Shown here: one piece after another, positions 8,837-17,531 of the stretch
Layout: each line of letters begins with the position of its first letter
How positions within the stretch are numbered: the stretch's first letter is position 1
Origin: an uncultured Candidatus Rokubacteria bacterium
Lineage (GTDB): Bacteria > Methylomirabilota > Methylomirabilia > Rokubacteriales > CSP1-6
DNA length: 64,000 bases
Direction: 5' to 3'
Assembly: GCA_963734175.1 (NCBI GenBank)
Contig: CAVTGC010000010.1
Coordinates: forward strand, 252,976 to 316,975
The notes under the pieces: generated by a model
The model's input: only the letters and a program-made list of their open reading frames with translations
What the model was told of the DNA's origin: nothing
The model's database searches: none
Made by a program: the position numbers and the translations under genes

Positions 8837-9292
8837 ATGAAAAGATGCGCCGGCAAGGCCATCAAACATCACAGTTCGAGGTTACTGCGTGCGAACTGGT
8901 CCGCCGCCTCTGGTCGCACTACAGATTCCAGATCCGCCGCCCACGTGCGTGGATGGCTCGACATCGAAGTGACGACCGATCAGCGCCGCCGTAACCTCGT
9001 CGCTGCCCTCGGCTTCCTCCAGCTCAAACCGATCGAGCCGGAGCTGCAGATGCTGCATCGAGCTTTCGACAATTGGCGCGGCATTGGGGTGCTGGCCGTT
9101 GGCCTCCATCGTGTCGGCTATGACCTGGCGCTGATCCGAGACGCGGACGAGGGGTGGAGCGCCACGTTCTACATCACGGGCCGCATGCACTCGATCGTCG
9201 GTGGCTGGGCCAACGATCCGAAGCCCTGGCGAGCTGTCCAGCGGGCCGGGTGGGACGCGGTGAAGCATGCCGAGCGGTTTCTCGGATCGTGA
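8837..9292 (+). CDS. Member 2 of the '[12 protein letters not shown]' family
   Basis: …[89 protein letters not shown]…. Confidence 0.55.
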   Translation: MKRCAGKAIKHHSSRLLRANWSAASGRTTDSRSAAHVRGWLDIEVTTDQRRRNLVAALGFLQLKPIEPELQMLHRAFDNWRGIGVLAVGLHRVGYDLALIRDADEGWSATFYITGRMHSIVGGWANDPKPWRAVQRAGWDAVKHAERFLGS

Positions 9293-9917
9293 GGGCGGCG
9301 CTTCCGAAATACACCCCGATGCATCCCACGCAGGTTCGGGAGCCGTTCCACCTGCTGCCTGGATCTATGAGGAGAAAGTCGACGGCTGGCGCATCCTCGC
9401 TTACAAGGACGGACCCAGCGTCCGCCTCCTGAGCCGTAACGTTGTCGACCACTCGCGCAGGTTCCGCGAGATCGTTGCTGCGGTCGCGGCGTTCGCAGAG
9501 CCCACCCTCGTGCTCGATGGCGAAGTCGCCATCTTCGATCAGGCGATGCGGTCGCGGTTCGATCTGCTCCGGGAATCCGATCCCAGCATCATCGCGACGC
9601 CGCCGATCTACATGGCCTTCGGCGTGCTCTATCGCGCGGGCCGGGACCTTAGCCTGTCGCCCCTTCGTGAACGGCGCCCGTGTCTGGAGGAGATCGTGGC
9701 CGGGCACGACCTCGTGTTACCAGCACGCCGCCTGGCCGCCAACGGGCTGGAGGCGTGGGCCCAGGTGCTTGAGCGCGGCTACGAGGGGTACGTCGGGAAG
9801 GATGAGACGAGCCAGTACCCCGGCGGCAAGACGACGTCATGGCTCAAGGTGAAAGTGCCGGGGTGGACCGACGCCGAGGATCGTTGGAAGCGCGTGCGGA
9901 TCAGCGGCAATAAATGA
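9267..9917 (+). CDS. ATP-dependent DNA ligase adenylation-domain protein. It is truncated, with no OB-fold and a short N-terminus.
   Basis: KxDG motif I (EEKVDGWR), then …LDGEV…, …EGYVGKDETSQYPGGKTTSWLKVK, which are the ligase motifs. It stops about 25 aa after WLKVK. It overlaps the upstream gene by 26 nt. Confidence 0.6.
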   Translation: MPSGFSDREGGASEIHPDASHAGSGAVPPAAWIYEEKVDGWRILAYKDGPSVRLLSRNVVDHSRRFREIVAAVAAFAEPTLVLDGEVAIFDQAMRSRFDLLRESDPSIIATPPIYMAFGVLYRAGRDLSLSPLRERRPCLEEIVAGHDLVLPARRLAANGLEAWAQVLERGYEGYVGKDETSQYPGGKTTSWLKVKVPGWTDAEDRWKRVRISGNK

Positions 9918-9966
9918 CTAGGCGGCCACTTTCTCGCCAAGACCCGGCAATCGCTACTACGGACCG

Positions 9967-10200
9967 GTGACATATCCGGCGAAGAATCAACAGGACGTCG
10001 AGATCCTGTGGCGCGCGCCTACGCGGGAGTACGTTGTCATTGCTGATTTTCAGTCCAGAGGAGAAACGCCCGAGGCGATGCGGGCGAAGGCTGCGAAGAT
10101 CGGCGCGGACGCGGTCATCGTATCGATCCTCGGTGGCCACTATTCTCGTAGTGAGGAATGGGCAGCTGCCGGGAGCCGGGCACCCTCCCCTCCGGACTAG
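9967..10200 (+). CDS. Hypothetical small protein
   Basis: ORF only (MTYPAKNQQDVEILWRAPTREYVVIADFQSRGETPEAMRAKAAKIGADAVIVSILGG…). Confidence 0.25.
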   Translation: MTYPAKNQQDVEILWRAPTREYVVIADFQSRGETPEAMRAKAAKIGADAVIVSILGGHYSRSEEWAAAGSRAPSPPD

Positions 10201-10474
10201 CAACGCTCTGCTCAGTGGAGTACTGTCCGTCTAGCGATAACGCCTCAAGCGCCGTCGATGCGAACAGCACAATCGCACCGCTAGCGTCATATAGGGGTCC
10301 AGGCCCACAGGTCCGTCATGATCTTCGACAATCGGGACCCAAGACCACGGAGCGGACCAGCTGGCTCCTCGCTCATGCTCACAGGCTATCGCCCTACACC
10401 CGGCATCCTGAGCACCGCTCGTTGATGAGTGAGGGTGGTAGCCCTCTGGTGCCAGTTGCCATCCACCGCCGGCA

Positions 10475-10620
10475 TCAGGCGCTCGGCTGCGTGCCGGTCC
10501 GCGCCAGGGATTGCACTGTGTTGCAGAGTACGGTCGGACCGATAGGCTTGCGCAGGTAGGCGTCGAACCCCACCTCCTCGACCCCTTGTGGCGTCATACA
10601 CCGCGCCTGCCACCGGTCGG
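10475..10620 (-). pseudogene. C-terminal fragment of a receiver (REC) domain
   Basis: …[24 protein letters not shown] matches the C-terminus of the intact receiver gene 14429..14827 ([24 protein letters not shown]). The upstream part of the ORF is unrelated. Confidence 0.4.
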
Positions 10621-10655
10621 GATCGCGTCGTAGGACCAGTGAATCCAGCTCAAGG

Positions 10656-10991
10656 TCAAACACCGGGGCCCCGCTTCGGCTCGTCCATCCGCGCAGACGG
10701 CCCGTCGGCGTCAACCGCGCAGGTGCGATGAAACAGTTCCCCGTGCGACCACTGAACAGTATCGTCCTTCTCGAACCGACGACCGCAGATACCACAAAGT
10801 TCAAGCCTGGATTCCACGACTGCCTCACCACATTTGAAGTCTAAAAAGACATAGCGAACGGAGTCAATGAATCGCAAGTATTGCGGCTTGAAAAAAACTA
10901 CCCGGGACGAACTCGTCAGCCAGTCGTCGTCAGCCGGTGGCCGAGCCCTCCACGCCCTCGCGCCCCGCCCGGGCTTCGTTCCAAGCCGCAT
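10656..10991 (-). CDS. Small Cys-rich zinc-ribbon-like protein (…LELCGICGRRFEKDDTVQWSHGELFHRTCAVDADG…)
   Basis: C-x2-C … H..C arrangement like the other zinc-ribbon families. It lies immediately upstream of the receiver fragment. Confidence 0.35.
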   Translation of the reverse strand: MRLGTKPGRGARAWRARPPADDDWLTSSSRVVFFKPQYLRFIDSVRYVFLDFKCGEAVVESRLELCGICGRRFEKDDTVQWSHGELFHRTCAVDADGPSARMDEPKRGPGV

Positions 10992-11303
10992 AGCACGGAC
11001 GGCCGATGGAAGTACACCGTCCGGCCGTCGCTGAAAAGTACTCGTACTCGACGCTTTCCGCGGGCCTATCGCAGGCGGCGCAAGGATGGGGTATTTGCGG
11101 CCCTCCTTGAGCGATCACTGTTGGGGCTCGCCGCGGCAGTAAACCAAACCGCAGCAGTATTCGGATTCGGGTGCCCAAACTGTTGCTCACAACAGTTTCT
11201 GTAGCTCCCGATTCTCAAGGCGTCAAATAGGTACGATCTAACCGCGCAGTGTAAAGCTCTGAATGTGCGAGCATAATGCTAATTGAGGCGTCGATTTGAC
11301 GAG

Positions 11304-11330
11304 TTGGCACTCGTCGTCTACAAGTGCTAA
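11304..11330 (+). promoter_or_regulatory. CIRCE-like inverted repeat (HrcA operator) upstream of hsp20
   Basis: The sequence ttggcactc-N9-aagtgctaa differs from the CIRCE consensus TTAGCACTC-N9-GAGTGCTAA at 2 positions. It sits about 220 nt upstream of the sHSP start codon. Confidence 0.55.
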
Positions 11331-11548
11331 ATAGAGAGACACACGTAGGGGGGGCGGGGGCTGAGGCGGGTAGCGACAGAGCACAAGCCACCGTCGGCGA
11401 TGCCGCCGGAAGATTTTTGAGGAGCGGGCACGATGCATGGTTGGAGCTCGCGCGATGCGCGAGCGACGGTCCCGGGCCTGTGACAAGGCCCGGGGCCGAA
11501 ATAAGCCAGCAAGGAGGCTGGCGAACTAAACAGCAAGGAGGGCGTGTC

Positions 11549-12013
11549 ATGGCACTCGAGCGTTGGCGCCCACTTGGGGCGTTCATGGAGCCCAGCCGGG
11601 ATATCCAGAGCGAGATGAACAGACTGTTTGACAGCTTCTTTGGTCGTCCGACAACCACGGGGATGGGAAACGCGGGAAGCCGAGTCTGGGCGCCGGTCGT
11701 CGACGTGTATGAGTCGAAGGATGATCTTCTCCTGAACTTCGAACTGCCGGGCGTGCGGGAGAAGGACGTATCGCTCTCGATTACCGGCGATATGCTCACA
11801 CTGAGAGGTGAGCGCCAGTTCCGTCAGGAGCTGAAGGACGACCACACTTACCACATCGAGCGTGTCTACGGGAGGTTTGAGCGCTCCGTCCAGCTGCCGA
11901 TGCCTGTTCAAGCGGATCGTGTGACGGCGACTTATCGCGATGGGGTGCTAGAAGTGAAGCTCCCGAAGGCAGATGAGGTCAAGTCGAAGGAAATCAAGAT
12001 CGACATTCTGTAA
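11549..12013 (+). CDS. Hsp20/alpha-crystallin family small heat-shock protein, 154 aa
   Basis: MALERWRPLGAFMEPSRDIQSEMNRLFDSFF…WAPVVDVYESKDDLLLNFELPGVREKDVSLSITGDMLTLRGER…YGRFERSVQLPMPVQADRVTATYRDGVLEVKLPK. AAGGAGG lies 8 nt upstream of the ATG. Confidence 0.9.
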   Translation: MALERWRPLGAFMEPSRDIQSEMNRLFDSFFGRPTTTGMGNAGSRVWAPVVDVYESKDDLLLNFELPGVREKDVSLSITGDMLTLRGERQFRQELKDDHTYHIERVYGRFERSVQLPMPVQADRVTATYRDGVLEVKLPKADEVKSKEIKIDIL

Positions 12014-12362
12014 GTCGGGACTCGAGCTCGGCGTATCTGTCATTGAACAGCGTGGCGAGGAGCCGTACCTAACTTCAATCATGAACATGGACGCCGAGAA
12101 CGACGAGGGACCGATCGCTCAGCTCTACCTGCGCGGGTTGATCTTCGCTTCGCCATTGTTGTGGAAAACGTCGTCACGCGTGGTGACCTGAAGCCCGGTC
12201 TCCGAGTCCAACTCTGCGTGCGCACCCAAGTCGCTGTTGCGGCGGGAGCTCGTGGGCACCGAGGTAGTTGCGCAGAGAATCGTTCAGCCCTCTCTGCCAA
12301 CATGAGTGAGACAGTGACCCCCTGGGAGTTTAGAGTCGAGGGCGAGGCAGGATCGGAGAGCG

Positions 12363-12761
12363 ATGAGCGCATTGGAGCAGGCCCTCGGTGGGCCGGCGAT
12401 CGAGGTGGTGGCGAAGGCGACACGGCGGCGGTTCACGTTGGAGTACAAGCGGAAGGTGGTCCGAGAGGCCGACGCCTGTAAGACACCGGGCGCGATCGGG
12501 GCGCTGCTGCGGCGGGAGGGACTGTACTCCTCGCACCTGACGACGTGGCGGGCGGCGCGGGAGCGGGGCGAGTTGGTCGGGGCGCCGAAGCAACGCGGGC
12601 CGGCGCGGCGGGTCGTCGATCCGCGGGACAAGAAACTGGCCGAGCAAGCGCGGGAGATCAGCCGGTGGCAGAAGCGTGCCGAGCGAGCTGAGGCGCTGGT
12701 GGCCCTGCAAAAACAAGTGGCGGCGTTGCTGGGAACGCCGTTGGTCGACGAGACCTCGTGA
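12363..12761 (+). CDS. IS3-family transposase OrfA (HTH)
   Basis: MSALEQALGGPAIEVVAKATRRRFTLEYKRKVVREADACKTPGAIGALLRREGLYSSHLTTWR… Its stop overlaps the orfB ATG (GTGATGG). Confidence 0.9.
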   Translation: MSALEQALGGPAIEVVAKATRRRFTLEYKRKVVREADACKTPGAIGALLRREGLYSSHLTTWRAARERGELVGAPKQRGPARRVVDPRDKKLAEQAREISRWQKRAERAEALVALQKQVAALLGTPLVDETS

Positions 12762-13768
12762 TGGCGACGGTCGCCCAGATCGGGCCACGGCTGGGCATCG
12801 CTCCCACGTGCGCGGCGCTCGGGCTGCCCCGCGCCACGTACTATCGTCGACGTCGGCCCGCGCGCGCCGCGCCACCGCGGCGGCGGTCGCCTCGGGCCCT
12901 CGGCGAGAGCGAACGCGCGGCCGTGCTCGAGCAGTTGCATACGCCGCGCTTCGTGGACCTGGCGCCGGGCGAGGTCTATGCCACCCTGCTCGACGAGGGC
13001 CGATATCTGTGTTCCGAGCGGACGATGTATCGCGTCCTGGCCGCGCACGCCGAGGTGCGGGAGCGGCGCGCTCAGCTCCGGCATCCTGTCTATGCTGCCC
13101 CGGAGCTGCTGGCCCGTCGCCCCAACGAGCTGTGGAGCTGGGACATCACCAAGCTTCTCGGGCCCGTGAAGTGGACCTACTTCTACCTCTACGTCATGCT
13201 CGACGTCTTCAGCCGGTACGTGGTCGGCTGGATGGTGGCTCATCGCGAGAGCGCGACCCTGGCTGAGCAGTTCATCCGCGAGACCTGTGCGCGCCAAGCC
13301 ATCGTGCGCGAGCAGCTCACGGTCCACGCCGATCGCGGGTCGGCGATGACCTCGAAGCCCGTCGCCCTGTTGCTCGCGGATCTCGGCGTCACCAAGACGC
13401 ATGGCCGGCCGCACGTGTCGAACGACAACCCGTTCTCCGAGGCCCAGTTCAAGACGCTGAAGTACCGCCCGGCCTTCCCGGGGCGCTTCGGGTCGATCCA
13501 GGACGCGCGGGCGCACTGCCACGTCTTCTTCCCCTGGTACAACACCGAGCACCATCACACCGGACTCGGCCTGTTGACGCCCGCCGACGTGCACCACGGT
13601 TTGGCCGAGCAGCGCATCGCGGTGCGCGCGACCGTGCTCGCCACGGCCTACACGGCGCATCCCGAGCGATTTTCTGCGGGCCTTCCGGTCCCGGCGGCGA
13701 TGCCGACCGAAGTCTGGATCAACCCCCCAACGCGCCGTGCGCTCGCGGAGGTGGCGCTCACTCACTAA
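12758..13768 (+). CDS. IS3-family transposase OrfB (rve integrase core, DDE)
   Basis: …WSWDITKLLGPVKWTYFYLYVMLDVFSRYVVGWMVAHRES…HADRGSAMTS…HGRPHVSNDNPFSEAQFKTLKYRP… The 493-aa minus-strand ORF 12284..13765 is its antisense shadow. Confidence 0.9.
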   Translation: MMATVAQIGPRLGIAPTCAALGLPRATYYRRRRPARAAPPRRRSPRALGESERAAVLEQLHTPRFVDLAPGEVYATLLDEGRYLCSERTMYRVLAAHAEVRERRAQLRHPVYAAPELLARRPNELWSWDITKLLGPVKWTYFYLYVMLDVFSRYVVGWMVAHRESATLAEQFIRETCARQAIVREQLTVHADRGSAMTSKPVALLLADLGVTKTHGRPHVSNDNPFSEAQFKTLKYRPAFPGRFGSIQDARAHCHVFFPWYNTEHHHTGLGLLTPADVHHGLAEQRIAVRATVLATAYTAHPERFSAGLPVPAAMPTEVWINPPTRRALAEVALTH

Positions 13769-13826
13769 ACTCGAGACCCGACTGTCTCATTCTTGTTGAC
13801 AGGCTCCGCAGTGCCACCATCCGCTC

Positions 13827-14222
13827 GTGATCGAATTGCCACCGGCCGACACCTTCGATCAGTTCCTAGCCCTCGCGGAGCTGGCCAGAGAGGTACGCCG
13901 GTCGGCTGAGTGGGCACGAGCGGGTCGTAGACGCTCGATCCACGGCGCGAGCGACATTGGGCAGACCGATATCGCCGGCCTCATCCAAGCCAAGCTCGCG
14001 GCTGGTCTGCTGCCTCGCGCAAGGCCAGAGAGGACGTGGGTCGGCTTTGGGTCAGGCAAGGCTTGCGACGCATGCGAGCAGTCGATCACGGGGCAGAACC
14101 GCGAGATCGAGTTCGATGACCAAGGCTTGGGCACGATCCGGCTTCATGTCCTCTGCCTGGCGATGTGGCAGATCGAACGGGTCAAGGAGACCCTTCACGG
14201 TAGCGGCGGCGCGGCGGCGTGA
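13827..14222 (+). CDS. Small C-terminal zinc-ribbon protein, sub-family A
   Basis: MIELPPADTFDQFLALAELAREVRRSAEWARAGRRRSIHGASDIGQTDIAGLIQAKLAAGLLPRARPERTWVGFGSGKACDACEQSITGQNREIEFDDQGLGTIRLHVLCLAMWQIERVK. It is about 70% identical to 42525..42950. The GTG start lies 18 bp after the IS3 right end. Confidence 0.55.
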   Translation: MIELPPADTFDQFLALAELAREVRRSAEWARAGRRRSIHGASDIGQTDIAGLIQAKLAAGLLPRARPERTWVGFGSGKACDACEQSITGQNREIEFDDQGLGTIRLHVLCLAMWQIERVKETLHGSGGAAA

Positions 14223-14428
14223 GGCAGTAGCCGGCAGTCAACGAGCAGCGATCAGACTGGCCGTGCGCACATCGAAGCCTGCCACCGCGAGGGGGCGCGC
14301 CATGCTGTAGCGCGCGTCAGGGCGGTCATCAACTACCAATACCAACACCGTGAGCCAGGTGCCAGGCATGGGACTCTCGGCATTGTAGAGCGAGCCGGTG
14401 GGGCGCGGCCAACCGCGTTCTCACCGGC

Positions 14429-14827
14429 ATGTGCATTGGGGCATCGTCATCCATATTGGTCGAAGATGACCCGGACGCCCTCGCCTTGTTCAGGGCGATC
14501 TTGGAGTACGAGGGGGCGCTGGTGATGTCGACCCCAGCGGCGCAGCCGGCGCTGGAGCTGTTGGGCCGCATCCGGCCCGATGTCCTGGTGTCCGACGTGC
14601 AGATGCCCGACCGGAACGGCGCCTGGCTGGTGGCCGAGGCCCGTCATCGTGGCCTGCTCCAGGGCGTCCCCGCCGTGGTTGTGACCGCAGCGGCCATGAC
14701 GCGGGAGCAGGTACACCGAGCCGGGTTCGACGCCTATCTGCGCAAGCCCGTCGAGCCGAAGCTGCTATGGCAGACGGTCTACTCATTGGCGCGTCCCGTG
14801 AGCCTAGCGCCCAGCCTCCGGAACTGA
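14429..14827 (+). CDS. Single-domain response regulator (REC)
   Basis: …[24 protein letters not shown]…[19 protein letters not shown]…[28 protein letters not shown]…. Confidence 0.8.
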   Translation: MCIGASSSILVEDDPDALALFRAILEYEGALVMSTPAAQPALELLGRIRPDVLVSDVQMPDRNGAWLVAEARHRGLLQGVPAVVVTAAAMTREQVHRAGFDAYLRKPVEPKLLWQTVYSLARPVSLAPSLRN

Positions 14828-14857
14828 GTCGCGCGCGTCGACTTCACTGAGCCCAGA

Positions 14858-15275
14858 GTGCACTCGTCGGCACCTAAGTCACCATTCGATGGGCTTTCCA
14901 TTGCCGGCGTCCAGCCGGCTGCCAAGGGCCCGGCCGAGTACTTCACCGGCACCGTCCGTATCGACGTTGTTCGGCGCGAAGGATACGGCACCTTTTTCAG
15001 GCCTTTGAGCCGGCCGCCGGCTCTGCCTGGCACACGCACCCCGCGGGTCAGCATCTGATCGTCACGTTCGGCGTGGGCTGGACGCAGGAGTGGGGCGGGC
15101 CGGTCGTGGAGGTCCGCGCTGGCGATGTCGTCTGCTGGTGTCCGCCGGGCGTGAAGCACTGGCACGGCGCGACGCCGACGACGGCATGACGCACGTCGCG
15201 CTGACGGGAACGGCCGGTGGCAAGAGCGTGGACTGGCTCGAGAAGGTCAGCGACGAGCAGTACAGGAAGCGATAG
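14858..15275 (+). pseudogene. Cupin-domain protein with at least 2 frameshifts
   Basis: …[12 protein letters not shown]… / …[53 protein letters not shown] / [27 protein letters not shown] is spread over three frames. One break sits at a T5 run near 14990. Confidence 0.6.
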
Positions 15276-15380
15276 CGCCGGACGCCAAGGTGCAAGCACG
15301 CGCTGCGCATGCGAACGCGGCGGGGCGCATTGTTGGGCGTTCTCGCTCGATCGAGCGTAGCGGGCGAGGAGGTAGGCACG

Positions 15381-15733
15381 ATGAGGATCCGGCTGACGTT
15401 CGATGGGAAGGCCGTCGAGGGAACGTTGACGGACAATGCGACAGCCCGCGACCTTCTTTCTCTGCTGCCGATGACGCGCACGCTCGAGGACTACAACGGC
15501 ACCGAGAAGATCGGCTATCCACCGAGGAAGCTGTCAACAGCCGGCGCTCCCGCCGGCATCGATCCGTCCATCGGCGATGTCACCTACTACGGCCCTTGGG
15601 GTAACCTGGCCATCTTCTATTAGGATTTCGGCTACTCCAGAGGGCTCATCGGGCTGGGCCGGATTGATTCGGGCATCGACGCGCTGAGCGTGCCCGGCTC
15701 GCTGAAGGTCACGATCGAGCGGGTACGGAAGTG
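15381..15733 (+). pseudogene. Cyclophilin-like-fold family protein interrupted by an in-frame TAG
   Basis: [116 protein letters not shown]. The stop at 15621-15623 sits where homologues have Lys (FYKDF). GAGGAGG lies upstream of the ATG. Confidence 0.6.
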
Positions 15734-15743
15734 AGAGGCTGCG

Positions 15744-16500
15744 TTGAAGGCAGTTGGAATGGAGCAAGACATGGCGACGAATCGGACCGGAAACTTCGCA
15801 GGGAAGGTCGCGTTCTTGACTGGAGCCGCGAGTGGCACCGGGGGCGCGGCGGCGCTGGCGTTCGTCCGCGAGGGGGTCAGCGTGGTAGCCGTCGACGTCT
15901 CGGAACAGGCCAACCAGGAAACGGGCCGCATGATCGAGAAACTTGGGGGGCGGGCGCTCGCCAGCCGGTGCGACGTGACGCGGGGCGAGAACGTGAGGCG
16001 GCTGTCGACAAGACGGCCGCGACGTTCGGGCGGCTGACTTCGCCTTCAACAATGCGGGCATTGAGCCGAGGAACCCGGCTCCGACCGCGGAGTACGAGGA
16101 GGGCGAGTGGAACCGGATCCTCGAGCATGAAGTACGAGAGCACGTTCATCCTGAAGCAGGGAGGTGGCGCGATCGTCAACACGTCGTCCGGCGCAGGGAT
16201 CATCGGCATCAAGGGCAGCCCCGCGTACACCGCTGCGAAGCATGCCGTGATCGGCGTGACCCGGGCGCCGGCCCTCGACGATGCGGCGCAGAACATCCGT
16301 ATCAACGCCATCTGCCCGGCTACATCGATACCCCGATGATGGATCGCTTCACCACGGGTCGAGAAAGCGTTGGCGGGAGCGCGTCTTGACCCGACCACGC
16401 TTCGCCGGGCAGCGGCGCTCGCCACGCGCGGCGCGCGCGGGTTCGGGCACAACGACTTCAAGATCAAGCTCATGCAGCGCGTGATCGTGCGCGGCATCGA
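15744..16500 (+). pseudogene. Short-chain dehydrogenase/reductase (SDR) with multiple frameshifts
   Basis: N-terminus GKVAFLTGAASGTGGAAALAFVREGVSVVAVDVS. The catalytic region …GGGAIVNTSSGAGIIGIKGSPAYTAAKHAVIGVTRAPALDDAAQNIRINAICP… is in another frame and …YIDTPMMDRF… in a third. Confidence 0.65.
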
Positions 16501-16515
16501 AACCGGAGCTCATAC

Positions 16516-16940
16516 ATGACAACACCCCTGGTCGGACGAGCCGTCAGCCGCGTCGACGGGCCGCAAAAGGTGACCGGCATCGCCTCCTACGCCGCGGTCT
16601 TCCACGTACCGAACGTCGCGCACGGCGCCATCGTGCGGAGCACTGTCGCCAGCGGCCGCATCGCGACGATCGATAGCGGGCCGCCGAGCGAGCGGCGGCG
16701 TGATCGCCGTCGTGACTCGCCGCAACGCCCCGCGGCTCGCCTATCGGCCCCACAAGGGAGTGGTCGATCCCGATGTGGGCGAGCGGCTGCACGTGCTCCA
16801 GGACGATCGGCTCAGCCACCAGGGAAGTCGCACACTGGCTGGTGCGCTCGTAGGCCGGCTGCGCTGGCGAGTCGTCCTGCGTGAAAGGGCCAGCCAGCCC
16901 GCGCTCAGCAGCCCGCGAGGTTCCCCGCGACCGCTCTAGT
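16516..16940 (+). pseudogene. N-terminal fragment of a xanthine-dehydrogenase/aldehyde-oxidase family molybdopterin-binding subunit
   Basis: MTTPLVGRAVSRVDGPQKVTGIASYAAVFHVPNVAHGAIVRSTVASGRIATIDS…, then a frameshift (…GVIAVVTRRNAPRLAY…). Only about 130 of the expected ~750 aa are present. Confidence 0.5.
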
Positions 16941-17065
16941 CGTGCCCGGACGTTGCCTGGTCGTGGCAAAATGTGGATGTCTTACTGCACTCGGGGCTCC
17001 GCTTGAGGAAGACCGTGTCAGCGCGCGCGCCGGCTGTGGTTCAATAGCAGGAACACATCGTTCCG

Positions 17066-17389
17066 TCACGTGGGCTTGAGTCCTAGCAACGCATCCTGTC
17101 GGCCGCATCGCGAGCATTTTCCGTCGGCGAAGCCATACGCGGCACTCAGTCCTAGCTCGATGGTCGCAAGCGTGACAGCCTCGACTGTGAGATGCAGCTG
17201 CCTACCAAGACATCCGACGCAGAATCGCGCCGGGTGGTTGTCCCGGAGAAATGCGGCCAGCTTTTCCGTCTCACGCATCGCCGCCCGTTGGCCCCGGTCG
17301 CTACGGATGAGCAACGTTTCAGGTGCTTCGGCGTCAGACCATGTCCAGGGTCGCGTATCGGAGTGCCATGGTACTACGCGTGGCGGCAA
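17066..17389 (-). CDS. Hypothetical Cys-containing protein (…ARFCVGCLGRQL…GKCSRCGRQ…)
   Basis: ORF only. Confidence 0.25.
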   Translation of the reverse strand: MPPRVVPWHSDTRPWTWSDAEAPETLLIRSDRGQRAAMRETEKLAAFLRDNHPARFCVGCLGRQLHLTVEAVTLATIELGLSAAYGFADGKCSRCGRQDALLGLKPT

Positions 17390-17417
17390 ACCGTTGCGTC
17401 ATGATATAAGGAAAAAG

Positions 17418-17450
17418 TTTTCCCAGGCGCCCGGGCGCGCGCTGGGAAAA
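17418..17450. promoter_or_regulatory. Strong palindrome ttttcccag-gcgcccgggcgcgcg-ctgggaaaa about 80 bp upstream of hypF. It is an operator-like site or a bidirectional terminator hairpin.
   Basis: 9-bp perfect arms around a GC-palindromic core, flanked by A/T runs (gaaaaag… …tgttttccc). Confidence 0.45.
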
Positions 17451-17531
17451 TGTTTTCCCATCTGATTTAGAAGTGACGGCGACCGTCCGACGACGTAGAA
17501 TTTAGCGCGCGGCGGGACCGCCGCATTTCTC

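Larger units (their letters stand above)
12286..13809 (+). mobile_element. IS3-family insertion sequence, copy 1. It is identical to copy 2 at 39661-41184.
   Basis: The 1524-bp identity with copy 2 starts and stops exactly here. The terminal inverted repeats are TGcCAACAtGAgTGAGACAGT / TGtCAACAaGAaTGAGACAGT. Confidence 0.9.

Noticed and set aside
12284-13765. 493-aa ORF on the minus strand (and its twin 39631..41139)
   Set aside because: Antisense to IS3 orfA/orfB. The IS3 transposase genes on the + strand are unambiguous.
14447-14786. Minus-strand ORFs inside the receiver gene at 14429..14827
   Set aside because: Overlap a well-supported receiver domain. Typical GC-rich shadow frames.
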